Source: Neoconidiobolus thromboides FSU 785
Taxonomy: Eukaryota > Fungi > Entomophthoromycota
Assembly (NCBI GenBank): GCA_025603075.1
Contig: MU626460.1
Span: forward strand, 1 to 34,675
DNA: 34,675 nt
Direction: 5' to 3'
In this document: positions 1 to 12,167 of the stretch, piece by piece
Numbering within the stretch: the first letter of the stretch is position 1
Layout: every line of letters starts with the position of its first letter
The notes under the pieces: generated by a model
What the model was told of the DNA's origin: nothing
Databases searched by the model: none
What the model saw: only the letters and a program-made list of their open reading frames with translations
Position numbers and translations under genes: made by a program

Positions 1-160
1 TAGAAAAGGCAAAGGCTACCAAGATTACAGATTATTTTAAAGTTGTAGGTAAGAGTGTCAGTGACTCAAAAGGTGAAATAAAGCCTAAAGTTAAACCTCA
101 AAGACTTGAAAATGAGTTGAAAAAGTCGAAAAAAGCAATCTATTTGAACAAAAAGGATAA
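1..160 (+). repeat. Left arm of window-bounding inverted repeat; open frame from nt 3 (EKAKATKITDYFKVVGKSVSDSKGEIKPKVKPQRLENELKKSKK...), probably the 3' end of a gene entering from outside
   Basis: nt 1-95 are the exact reverse complement of 34581-34675. nt 1-118 match at 115/118 (mismatches at 96, 108, 115). Weaker homology with two 9-nt indels continues to a TAA at 158-160 that aligns with the right-arm stop. Confidence 0.95.
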
Positions 161-428
161 TTTTTATTATTTTCAAAATATAAATAAAGTAATTTATTAA
201 AATTTAAAAAGCTATAAAAATGCTGTTTCTATTATTAGAAACTAAAACTATACAATATTAAGATAAAGCTACATCTTAAGCCTATTATTGTACAATTTCT
301 AATATTTATTGAAGATCAAACCACTTGCTATTGATAAACTTGAAAATTAATTTATTTAGATTAATAAATTCAAAGAAATTTGACTTAAAATAGATATAAT
401 TTTTATTAAAAAAATCTATTTACAGTTA

Positions 429-499
429 TGCGTACACTGGGAATCGAACCCAGGCCACTTCTTTGGAAGAGAAGTATTCTACCTCTATACTATGTACGC
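429..499 (-). tRNA. tRNA-Gly(TCC), intronless
   Basis: GCGTACA/TGTACGC acceptor stem, CTTCT/AGAAG anticodon stem around a CTTCCAA loop, GGTTCGATTCCC T-arm, and a T-run about 14 nt downstream. Confidence 0.96.
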
Positions 500-1110
500 T
501 TGGCTTGTTGCATACTATTGGAAAAAAAAGGTATATAAATTTTAGTTATATCTAAAATCTTATGACATAAATTTATACACAAAGTGCCTAAAAATAAAAA
601 TGATACTAAAGTTAAATAATCAACAATTATAAAACTTGTCTATTTATTAAGTTAATGATAATTTGATTATATTGCAATTAATAAATAGAATAAAGAGGTT
701 CAGGATTTATAAGAATAATGATTTAGTTAATACATCTTTGTAGCTTAATTTAAGGGTTTGAAATTCCAATTAAGTTACTTTAAATTCAATCTTTTAAAAT
801 CATTAATAACTTTATTTATTCATACTTTTATTAGTAAATAAATCTTATTTCAAATAGTCTTTACTCAATAGCATAAAAATTAATTTAGTGTTAAAAATGT
901 TATAATAGATACTATTATTTTACTATTATTAATATTATCTCCCGCAAATAATAAAAAAGCGATATAGTTGTTTAATTCCGATCATTCTAGCATTCATTGG
1001 TTAATTTAAAACTCAAACCTTAAGCTTCAAACTATACTTGAATTGATATTCAGAACAAAATTATTAATAATTTATTTATTTATTTTTATTTAAAAAAGTG
1101 TCAATTTTCA

Positions 1111-2964
1111 ATGACTTTAACTCCAGCCAAAAAACTAACCCATCGTTGTGATTCATGCCATTTTCGTAGTAAAAAATGTGATCGTAAGCTACCTATTTGT
1201 ACTCAATGTTCTTTAGAAGGCTATAAATGTACTTTACAAAGAGGGGTTAAAAATAATAAGAGGTTGTTTGAGATTGAAGATAAAATTAGTTGCTTTAAAT
1301 TAAAAGGTAGGAAATCAAGTCTCAATATCAATGGAAGTTATAATAGGGATAATAGTAATAACTGTAGGAATGGAAATAGTAGTAAAACAAGTAGTGAAGA
1401 TGAAGGTCAATATATTATTAAGCATCATGTACTGGATAATAAGATTGATAAGATTTATTATAAGCTGTTTGATAATGAAATAAAGCTAATGATGGAATTT
1501 TCTAATAAAAATTTATTAGAGAACATCTTATTATTCTTACAATACCCCATGTTAAATGCTTCAAATCCCGGATTTCGATTTTTAATGACAACGTTGATCA
1601 CAGTTCGAAATTTACAAAGTAAAAATCCATTGAAGTTTAATAGCTTAAAAAAAGAAGGAGATCAAAAAGAAATTAGAGAGATTATTGAATTAGCTATTAA
1701 GCAATTTTTTAAAAACGAATATTTACTGGGATCCATGTTTATCACTAAGAACTTTGATATTAACAAGCTAAACACTTACACAAAGATTGCGATTATTACG
1801 TGTGGATTAAAGCATTTACCAAGGACAGAAACAGTAATTAATTTATTAAATTATTTTGAAGAAAAGTTATATAAATTTATCCAACCTCTATCTCAATTAA
1901 AAGTAACATTTGATAACTTAAGGACAATATCCATTATCTTATTTGGTTTAAGGAACTTTCAATGGGTAATTAAATGTAATAATCGATTATTATATTATTT
2001 ATCAATCAATGTTCGATTATTGGGATTAAATAAGAATATACGAGATAAAAATAATCGAGAACGGTATTTGTTTTTTAATGCATTAGTATTTAATATGAGT
2101 TATTTGTATACCCTTATTTCTTTTCCTTATCATTATATTCCCAGTTATGAATATACATTTAATTATAAAAAACAAATTAATTATTATTTAAAAGAATATC
2201 CAATAATAATTCAAAAGAATGAAATTAATCAAATAATTATAATCTATTATCATATATTTAATTATTATATAGGTAGTTTAGCATTAACAATAATTCAATT
2301 AAATCAAATTAAAAATCAAATTAGCCATTATTTAACTAATTTTAACGAGCAATTAAATAATATAAATAATATATTAATAAATTTGAAATATAATAATTCC
2401 TATTATATTTCAATTATTAATGAATTAATAGAAAGTAATAATAACTATTGTCAATATAATAATAATAAGAAAAACTCAATTGTTAAAGAATATACAACAT
2501 TATTAATGAATTTTAAAACTCATATTTTGTTATTTCATCATTATTATCATTTTTTTATATTGTCTTTTAAATTATATCATAGTAACGATATCCTCAATCT
2601 TGCTCTACCCACAACGGATATTGATATATTATTACCTATTTTACTCGTACCTGAAGATTATTTAGACAGCTATCTCTCTATATTAATTTATAAATCAATG
2701 ACAGTAATTGAATTAGTTAAATCTACCCCATTAACTCAATGTAATCATATGCATATTGCTGTGTTATCTCAATGCTCTATTTTTTTAATAAGAAATCAAT
2801 ATGATAAAAAATTTAATACTAAAATTCAACAAAGTTTAAAGAGTAGTTTAAATATATTAAATATATTAAATCAAACTCCATATAATGTACCTCATGCTGG
2901 TATTAATCTTTTTTTATTAAATTGTGCACTAGAAGAAAATAGTCAAAACCAATTGACCAATTAA
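1111..2964 (+). CDS. Zn(II)2Cys6 binuclear-cluster transcription factor, intronless, Asn-rich
   Basis: 617-aa ORF with N-terminal CDSCHFRSKKCDRKLPICTQCSLEGYKC, matching C-x2-C-x6-C-x6-C-x2-C-x6-C. Confidence 0.9.
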   Translation: MTLTPAKKLTHRCDSCHFRSKKCDRKLPICTQCSLEGYKCTLQRGVKNNKRLFEIEDKISCFKLKGRKSSLNINGSYNRDNSNNCRNGNSSKTSSEDEGQYIIKHHVLDNKIDKIYYKLFDNEIKLMMEFSNKNLLENILLFLQYPMLNASNPGFRFLMTTLITVRNLQSKNPLKFNSLKKEGDQKEIREIIELAIKQFFKNEYLLGSMFITKNFDINKLNTYTKIAIITCGLKHLPRTETVINLLNYFEEKLYKFIQPLSQLKVTFDNLRTISIILFGLRNFQWVIKCNNRLLYYLSINVRLLGLNKNIRDKNNRERYLFFNALVFNMSYLYTLISFPYHYIPSYEYTFNYKKQINYYLKEYPIIIQKNEINQIIIIYYHIFNYYIGSLALTIIQLNQIKNQISHYLTNFNEQLNNINNILINLKYNNSYYISIINELIESNNNYCQYNNNKKNSIVKEYTTLLMNFKTHILLFHHYYHFFILSFKLYHSNDILNLALPTTDIDILLPILLVPEDYLDSYLSILIYKSMTVIELVKSTPLTQCNHMHIAVLSQCSIFLIRNQYDKKFNTKIQQSLKSSLNILNILNQTPYNVPHAGINLFLLNCALEENSQNQLTN

Positions 2965-3044
2965 AGTCGAAAGATTATTAAATTAATAAAAATTAAATAA
3001 GTTGGAGTTTATTTTTTATTTTTTGTTTATTTTTCTAAAAACTA

Positions 3045-4424
3045 ATGGACTTATATTATTTAGAAGCTTATAAACTAATTCAATTAAACTATTATCATTT
3101 AAGTATAATACCTTTAATTACATCAATAATACAAAAATCAACTAATAGTCTTCCATTTACTTTGAATTTATTATTAAAATTATGGAATTATTTAAACTTT
3201 AATGAAGAAGATTTAATTGATATATTTGAGTCGAATAAAGTAAAAGAAGTTACTAAATTAATTAAAAAAAGGGATTTGAATATTATGATTACAAGAGATG
3301 ATACTCTAGAACCTGAGTTATTTAATAAATACCAAAAATTAGAATTACAAATTAATACTTTGTTAAAGATTATTACCACATCTTGTTATCAACCTATAAA
3401 ATTAACTCAACGTCCACAATTACGTCAAAAAACAAATCATTATCAACAAGAGTTAATTTCTAATTCTATTACTTTAAATCAAATTCCTAAATGTAAAATT
3501 GAATATCATCAAAATAAAGGTAATAGTGTAACTTCTACTACTATCATCCCATGTAATTCAACAATATTTACTGAATTGGAACCTATTGTGTATCGTATTG
3601 AAAGTTCATACAAACGTAATCATTGTACATTTTGTTGTTTAAAAATACAAAATAATAATAAAAAATATTGTAAAAATCAATGTAAAGGTGTAATTTATTG
3701 TAATGAAGAATGTCAACAAAAAGATTATAAATTAAGGCATGAGGAGTTATGTAAGTTAAAATTAGATTATTTTAAATTAACTGGATTTAATGAATTGATT
3801 ATTGTAATCTGGTCACAATGGTATAGTAAGAAAAAGAAAGACGAAACTTTATTGTATTATAATAAGTTACCTTATCTTTATAGTAGTAGTGATGTATTTG
3901 ATTTAATTAATACAGAATTAGAATTAAAACAACAAAATATAAGATATATTAATATATTAAGAGAATATTTACAATTAGATTTAAGATTACAAAAAGAAAT
4001 TTTATTTAATGATTATATTCAATTATATTGTTTATTAAAATGTAATATAATTAATTTAAATAATAACCAAATTAGTGAATTTGGAGATGCTTTATATTTT
4101 TTAGCTTCCATGGTTAATCATTCTTGTAGTTCTAATTCTAAATTTATTATTAATGGAAAATCAGTGAGTATTATTAGTAGAGATAAAGAAATTCAAGTTG
4201 GAAATGAAATCTCTATTTCTTATTTTCCAATTCATTTATTACCTTATCATTTAAGAAAACAATATTTTATTCAGACTTATAACTTTTATTGTGAATGTGA
4301 GAGGTGTAAAGAAGAAGAAAAAAAGAGGAAAGAAAGTATATTAATTGAAGGGGATAATAGTGATATAAGTAATAATAATAATAACATACCTACTTATTTT
4401 GATTTATCAACTTTATTTGACTAA
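3045..4424 (+). CDS. SET and MYND domain lysine methyltransferase (SMYD/Set5-Set6-like)
   Basis: MYND finger (HCTFCC...YCKNQCKGVIYCNEECQQKDYKLRHEELC) inserted in a split SET domain; ASMVNHSC and EISISY motifs; post-SET FYCECERC. Confidence 0.9.
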   Translation: MDLYYLEAYKLIQLNYYHLSIIPLITSIIQKSTNSLPFTLNLLLKLWNYLNFNEEDLIDIFESNKVKEVTKLIKKRDLNIMITRDDTLEPELFNKYQKLELQINTLLKIITTSCYQPIKLTQRPQLRQKTNHYQQELISNSITLNQIPKCKIEYHQNKGNSVTSTTIIPCNSTIFTELEPIVYRIESSYKRNHCTFCCLKIQNNNKKYCKNQCKGVIYCNEECQQKDYKLRHEELCKLKLDYFKLTGFNELIIVIWSQWYSKKKKDETLLYYNKLPYLYSSSDVFDLINTELELKQQNIRYINILREYLQLDLRLQKEILFNDYIQLYCLLKCNIINLNNNQISEFGDALYFLASMVNHSCSSNSKFIINGKSVSIISRDKEIQVGNEISISYFPIHLLPYHLRKQYFIQTYNFYCECERCKEEEKKRKESILIEGDNSDISNNNNNIPTYFDLSTLFD

Positions 4425-4532
4425 AGACAATAACCTAATAAAAGTATAAAATAAAACTAAATAATTGTAATTTTATTTTTGTATTTTTATGTTTTTATAT
4501 TTTTATTTATATACAAATATATTTCATTTCAC

Positions 4533-7504
4533 TTATTCAAATTGTTTAAAAAAATCAATTAATTTTTTTTCTATTTGATTAATATTATTACAATGAACTA
4601 AACTTGGCTGAATCCAATTAGGTAGCTTATTAATTATCACATTATTAGATTGATATCTTTCATCAATTAATAAAATTACAGCATAATCCTGAATATGCCT
4701 TATAACTCTCCCAATACTTTGATTAACGGATCGCATACATAAGTTTTGATAATAATCTTTACTAGTAGTTTTATTGTCTAAAATAATGAATATTAATTTT
4801 ATTAATAATAAAATTAATTGTTACTTACTAATTGTATTATTTTTAAAATCTAAATAATCCATTTTTAAAGTTAAGTCTAATGATTTTAAATTTGGATAAG
4901 GTAAGCCAATAACAATTACCCCTCTACCTAAATCATCTGAAAAATTAATACCTTCGGATAATTTACCACCAATAACTGAAAATAAGATTCCTCCTAAGAT
5001 TCCATCTTCATTATTATTACTGCTATTATTGTTTAAATTATTATCATTCTCTTTTTTAGTTTTACAATAATCAATCCAATTTTGATATAACAAAAAAGTA
5101 TTTGTATTATTAAAAGAAGAAGAGCTAGAAGAAGAAGGGGTAATAATGTTAGTTTCATAAAATACTTTCTTAACTTTATTAATTCTTTGATACATATTTG
5201 ATTGTTTTAATACATTAATAAAATTATTTAAATATTCATAGGAGGTAAAAAAAACAATAGTACCCATTGGAATCTTCTTTATCATTTGAAATAATAATTG
5301 AATTGTATCCTCTATTAATTCCAGATTATTTTTAGTATTATTAACAAATTTCAATGATTTGAATTCCGATTTATTATTATTACTATTAATATTAATTCCT
5401 TGATTTAAAGTTAAGCAAAGTAAATTCTTTTTATCTATAACATGATTACAAGAAAATTGAATAATATTATTATAATCTTTAGGTTCAATTAATTGATTGA
5501 TATATTCATTGATAGGTGCTAAAGTACCACCGATTAATATTGTTGATCTACTTTGTTCAATTATTTGTTGAAATGAATTAATGGAATTTAATAATAAATA
5601 TCGTATACTTTTTATATTATTATTAGTTTCTATTATTAATTTCCCATTTTCATCTGATAAAGTTAAACAATTTAAAAATGAAGCAATGCTATAAATATAT
5701 ACCTTTAAATTAGGATTATTATTATTACTATTATTATTTAATATATTATTATTATCACTATTATCATGATTTTTATTAATAAATCCATGTAATTTATGAT
5801 TTAATTTACTAATTTTTAAATAATTAATAATTTCTAATAAATTAATTTGATCTAATTGAATTTGTATTAAAAATTCACTACACTTTAAAATTCTATTATC
5901 ACTTCCACACTGTTCTAAATACTCTTTAAGTGCCTTCAATATCTTTAATAATTGTTTTAAATACATTAAATTCACGCCTGATAATCTATTAATATATTTT
6001 ATTAAATAATTATTGACTTGTTCTTGGGTAATATTAATTTGTTGGAATGTTAATTTAGTTGAATAATTTGATTGCAATGCTTCAATTAAATTATGTGCTT
6101 CATCAATAATAACTATATTATTTTCTAACTTTATTCCACTTGATTCTCGACTTTGTTGATTTAATAATAAATTATATGGTACACATACCAATCTTGCTTT
6201 CGCTATACTTTTTCTTACACCATAATAAGAACAAGTACCTAATATATGTGAAATATAAATATATATTATTATAATTAATAAATTAAAACGTACCTAATCC
6301 ATTCCCTAATTTGACCAAATCTTCAATATCTTTAATTTGTTTTAAAACGTTGTGTTTAAATTCATTTAAATAAGCTCTATTAGAAGGCAAATAGTAAGGG
6401 CATTTCTTCTCTGATTTGACTTCTGGTTTTTGTAATTCTAAACATCGTTCATTTAATACTTCATTATTACCAAAACTACTTTTTAAGATTGTTGTATTAT
6501 TACATAAATTATTTCTTCCACCTAATGTTATGGTAGAATACTTTAGTTCTTCATTCTTATCATCATATATTTTAGAATAACTTGTTTTCTCATATTCAGT
6601 AATAAATTGACTCAATTGGGAATGTGTTCTTGAGGCATAATAAATCTAATTTGATATTATTATTAATAAAGTAATTGTATTATATTATACTGTTCTACTT
6701 TACCTTTATTAAATCTGGCTCTTCTATATGACTCAAATTTTTATTAAATTCATTTAGTATCTGATTATTTTCAATATCTTCTAATTCACTTAATAATTCC
6801 TTTACTTTACTGTCATAATTATTATTTTGATTATCTAAATTATCATCTAATAATAAATCATCATCAGAAAAATCAATTAATTGTAATCCATTATTATTAT
6901 GTGTAGTATTATTTTGAATATTTACTTGATTTTTAATCTTTTTGTTTCCTTTTTTAGCCATTTTAATTTCTAATGCTTCTTTCTGTTTAATTTTATTAAG
7001 TAGTTCTTTTTCTTGTTCAATTTCAATAATCTTTTGTTTTAATTTTCGTTGTATCTTTTGTTTTTGTAACCAAGCTGGTCCAGCTAAAGAAGTTTTAGTT
7101 TTATTTTTATATCATTAATTGTTAATAATATTTTAATAGAATTACCTTTTGAATCAATTATAACTTCTATTGGTTTATTTAGTGCTTCTTGATATCTTGA
7201 ATCATTGGCTTTTAGCCATGCCATACTGGCACAGATTAGACTTAAGGATTTACCCTAAAATAATAATAAAATTTATTAGCTTATCATTACTGTATCATAT
7301 TAATGTTTTCTTAAAATAATAATAGTAATAAAAATAAAAATAATTAGAACTTACAGTACCCGTAGGACTTTCAAATATACCAATCTTTTTATTTTCAATA
7401 GTATCAAATATTTGTTGCATTAAATTTAACTGATTATCATATGGAGTATATGGAAATTGGTAACCTTCTTTATCTTTTGGAATTGCTAGTTTAGGCTCTG
7501 ACAT
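4533..7504 (-). CDS. CHL1: DDX11/Chl1 Fe-S DNA helicase (XPD family), multi-exon
   Basis: Spliced exons give GIFESPTGT|GKSLSLICA (intron 7354-7255), YASRTHSQLSQF, CPYY Fe-S region, IIDEAHNL, GGTLAP, GKLSEGINFSDDLGR, GLPYPN and MRSVNQSIGRVIRHIQDY. Confidence 0.95.
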
Positions 7505-7671
7505 CTTATTATAAGTATAATTCGATGAAGAGAGAAATAAAAGAAAAGAAAAGGAGCAAAAAGATTTTTAAAGATTTTTCAACTTTAGGTTTTAAATTGA
7601 TTTAAATCATTTATTAATCTTTTTTTAATACCAAAAAAACAATTTATTATTAATTTCAATTTCAAATACAA
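7505..7671. promoter_or_regulatory. Compact (167 bp) divergent promoter shared by CHL1 and the Sec24-like gene
   Basis: Head-to-head ATGs at 7504 (-) and 7672 (+). Position only; no specific motif identified. Confidence 0.5.
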
Positions 7672-10600
7672 ATGCAAAACAATATTCGAAAATACAATCA
7701 ACTTTCTTATCAAAGAGAATATGGTGGTACTTATATAGACCCTAATGAAAATGCTTCATCTTCTAGACCATTACTTTCAGTTGATGATGACGTGGACCCA
7801 ATAATAATGACCAAAATGGAAGTAAATTTCAAGTAAATATATAAACAAAATTAAAATAATTAATAATAGAGTTGTTCATTAATTGGTAAAGAGATAGTTA
7901 AAAAAGATTTATCTTTGCTAAAGAATGAGAATAATACTATTTATTCTTATTATGATGTGTTTTTGAATAATGAAAATTTGAAGAATAAAATGGAATTGAA
8001 TTTAACAATAGAGCCTTTTAAATTAAAAGTAAGTTACTGTATTTTTATTATTATGTGTTTCATATTCTTAAATTTTAAAAATAAAAGGCACCAATAACTT
8101 TAGATTTATTATTAAAATGTACTGTATGTGGTTCTTATCCACATAATAAAAGTCAATTATCAAACGATATTACTTTATGGTCATGTTGTTTATGTGGTAA
8201 CTCAAATCAAAGTAAATATTTTATTTTATTTAATTAAAAAAAAATAGAGGTATATTTATAAATTAAACTATTTATTTTTTTATATTTAGTACCACCTTCT
8301 TTTCAATCTCAATTTCAACAAGATTTTTCAAGGATTCAAAGTAATTCAACTATTGATTATATTATTTCTAATAAAGTAAGGATAAAACATACAAGTTAAT
8401 GATAAGTTTTGATTGACTTATCTCATAGAATGAACGAAAACTTAATGAAGTACCGAATATACTATTTATAATTGATATATCTTTTAATTCAATAAAAAAT
8501 GGTAAATCTAATAAAATATTATTAATTTATTTCTATTTAATAACTTGATTTTTAAATTAGGAACCTTATCCTCAGTGATAATTATATTACTTGAATTAAT
8601 TCAATTAATACCTAATAATTTAAATTTAGGTTTTATTACCTTTGATACTCATTTACAATTTTATCAATTTAAAGTAGGCTATTTAAATATCCTTTTTACC
8701 TTTGATCAAACTAATTTAATATTTTTTATTATCGTTATAGAAAAATCAAATGTATCAAATGTTAGTTTTATCTAATTTAGAAGAAGAACCTTATCTTCCA
8801 TTACCAATATCAGAGTTATGTGTAAATGGTAGAGAGTATTTTAATGAGATAACAAGATTCTTAATGGATTTAGAATTGTTATTTGAAAATAACAATGATT
8901 TTCAATCGTGTGCTGGAGATACGTTATTTTTATTAACAGAATTAGAAGTAAATTTTATATTTAGTTGTAAAATTAATAATCAATTAATATATATTTATAC
9001 TTTATAATTCAATAGCATTATTTTTTTGGTTCAATTTACTTGTTCTTGTCTTGTATGCCAAATAAAGGCAAAGGCACTTTGATTACTAAAGGGGGAACAA
9101 GTCTCTTAGGCACAGATAATGTAAGTTTATCTTTATTAACTGTGAAGTTAAATAAGAGTGATAGTTAACGGAATTTATTTTTATACAGGAATATAAATTA
9201 TTAGTAGAGGAAAATATGTATTATAAAGATATTAGTTTAAAATTAAGTGAAATGTCTATCTCAACAAATTTATTTATATTAGGAAATGAAGATTTTGATT
9301 TACAAAGTTTAGGTAAGTAATTATTATTATTAATTATATATTAATTTAACTTTAAATTAGTTGTGTTATCAAAAATAACAAATGGAGAATTATATTATTA
9401 TCCTAATTATATAATGAAAGATTTTAATGAAAATTGTTATCAACAATTTTATGTTGATTTGTTAACTTGCTTTAAAAACCAAATGGGCTATGCTGCTAGT
9501 TTACAAGTGAATTTACCAACGGGTAAGTAATCATAATTAATATTTCAAAATAATAGTTGTTTTATTTATTTAATATTATTATTATAATTAGGTTTACAAG
9601 GACATGAATTTCTTGGGAAATTATTTATGAAATCAATTAATTCATGTAATTTAAACACGATTCACCAAAATCAGTTAATTCAATATCAATTTCAAATTAA
9701 TGATACTATTTATGTTATTAAAGAAGAAGAAAACTCTCAAGGACTAATTTGTTTTCAAGCTAATTTAACATATTTAGATTTAGAAGGTAAGTTATTTTTT
9801 ATAACATGCAAGTTATAGTTAGAGTTTTTTAATAATGATATTTTATTCTTTTTTTAGGCAATTTAATATGTAAAGTTATGAATTTAAGTATGAAAATGAC
9901 TAATGTAATAGAAGAATTCATTATGTCAATTAATCCACTAAGATATATTCAATTATTAGCATTTAAAGCAAATAGTAATTTAATTCATCAAAAAATCAAA
10001 ATAACTCGAGATACAATGATTAATCAAGTTAAAAATATATTAAAACTTTATTATCAACAAATTAATATTCAAAATAATCCTCATTTATTGGAGGAATTTA
10101 TTGTACCAAGTAATTTAATTACAATGCCTTATTTAATTCATTGTTTATGTAAAATAGTAAGTGTTTTTTTTATTGGAATTTATATATCAATTTTTAATAT
10201 TATTTCATTTTTATATATAATAGCCTTGCTTTACTATTGGATCTCATACAACTCCTAATGAACGAAGTTGGTTGAATTTGAAATTAATTAGTTTTGATAG
10301 TATTGAATTAATGAATTTTATTATTCCAAATATTTATCAATTTCAGTTTCAAAATGAACAAGTTCAATTGATCTCAATTATGCCTTCAAGTATGAATATT
10401 GTAACAAATAAGATATTAATGATGATAAGTTTTAATCGTATTTATTTTTGGGTTGGAGAAAATTGTTTAAAAGAAGAATTAAGTTACTTATTTGGATTAA
10501 GTGAATACTATAAGATCGGAAATATACAGGTGAATTTTTGATTTAATATTGTAACAAATTATTATTAATTATTTTATTTTTAATTAGGATTGGAATGATA

Positions 10601-10821
10601 TTATTAATTTAAAAGAGATTATAAAGACACAGCTGGAGATTAAAGAGTTTTCTAGTTTTGATATTATAATTGAAACAAAAGTCACTAATTTTAATAATCA
10701 ACAATTAAAAGTCAAGTTTTTAAATCAATTACATGAAGATCGAAACATTAATGGTAATTCTTATCAACAATTTTTATTAGCTTTAGTACAAAGTTTGAAA
10801 CTGGAGTTAAATATTAATTAA
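7672..10821 (+). CDS. Divergent Sec23/Sec24-family COPII coat protein (Sec24-like), many short exons
   Basis: Zinc finger CTVCGSYPHN...WSCCLCGNSN (~8117-8210), trunk motif GFITFDTHLQFY, SNLEEEPYLPLP, MGYAASLQV|GLQGHEFLGNYF, gelsolin-like YFWVGENC, terminal EDRNINGNSYQQFL...; stop TAA 10819-10821. The track ORFs between 7915 and 10541 are exon pieces of this gene. Confidence 0.75.
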
Positions 10822-10974
10822 ATATAACAATAAATGGTGAATCTATTCTATCTTTACTTTAATTTATTATATTTTAAACTATAAAATGATAATAAAATAA
10901 ATGTATAATTTGTGAAGTTTAATGAAAATAAAAATAAAAATATTTATTATTATAACAAATATAAAAATAGTCAC

Positions 10975-12167
10975 TTATTGTTGATCACGATTCCAAGATA
11001 ATAAACTATTATCACCAAGTTTTCTACAAAAAATAAAAGTATTAATAAAAAAAAACTATATAACAACAAAAACAGAGTTTACCTAGGTTTAACGATATGA
11101 CGAATAGTAAAAATCAAACCAAAGAGAACGCAGACACCACCAACGACAAGATAAGCAATACCTAAATACGGATTTTTTCCACCCAAAAAAGAAACTGTTG
11201 AAATAACAATAGCTTTTTTCCCATTAAATTGAACAACGTCAAAATTACTATCAATTTCCAATTGATATTTTCCTTTTTTCATATCACTTTCTGTTCTTCC
11301 ATATAATTTACGAAAAGTAGGTAATCCTGCTGTACGCATCCAAACTTGAAAATGTTCATCTCTTGATAAATCCGGTGGTGGATATTTATCAGTATATTTA
11401 CCATCTGGATAACGATTCACCCAATTAGGTGGTGGTAAAACTTGATCTGGTGTATAATTTGTTTTTGAAAATTTCTTACTATCACTATCCCATGCAATAC
11501 CTTGTTCACTAAATGTAAACTTATTATTATTATCATCTAAATATTGAATCGGACGTATAGTATCATTAAATACAGAATTAGCAATTAAACCACAAGGATA
11601 ATATGGAATTTTATTTTCATTAACAGCTAATGGAGCACAATCTGATAATTCGGTTTCCGTTAATAAAGCTTGACCTAAAAGTTGATTATAAGAAATGGAT
11701 TTAATATAACGTCGATGATTTTGATAAAAATTGGTTAATTCATAATATAAAAATACAGGGCCTTCAATATCTACTGGTATATCTAATTGAATTGTACATT
11801 TATTTGTATCTAAATTATTCGGATTAGAACCATACAATTTATCCTTATTGCTTTTATAATAAAAACTACCACTACCATCTCCATTGACCGATGGTAATGA
11901 ATACTTTGCTTCTTTAATTAAACTGAATTCTCCACCAACTGAATTACAATTAGTATAATCAATAACTATTTCAGATACTTGACCTGATAAATAAATCAAT
12001 ACACCACCTAATGGAGCGAATATAATGCCTATTAAAAATAAAGTAGGTAAAACAGTACGTGGAGTTAAAATGGGTTGCCATGCTCGAAGTCGTTGTTGTT
12101 TAAAAGCAGTATCCAATTCTTTACGACGATCTTTATATTCCGCTTTGGTAGTATTATTATCACTCAT
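10975..12167 (-). CDS. CDC50: CDC50/LEM3 family P4-ATPase flippase beta subunit, 2 exons
   Basis: TAFKQQRLRAWQPILTP, YYELTNFYQNHRRY, YPCGLIANSVFNDT and VWMRTAGLPTFRKLYG. Intron 11082-11024 joins KPR|KLGDNSLLSWNRDQQ*. Confidence 0.95.

Noticed and set aside
3188-3379. Short antisense track ORFs (also 12672-12866, 22046-22228, 30168-30350, 32434-32631)
   Set aside because: They lie opposite or out of frame within well-supported genes and have no motifs.
4980-5780. (TTA)n/(GAA)n microsatellite-like tracts
   Set aside because: They encode poly-Asn and poly-Ser inserts of CHL1, which is ordinary for AT-rich proteomes.
7915-10541. Track ORFs treated as separate small genes (likewise the pieces of CHL1, POS5, OYE, the MRH receptor and SIW14)
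   Set aside because: They are exons reading into introns; GT-AG splicing joins them into single genes.
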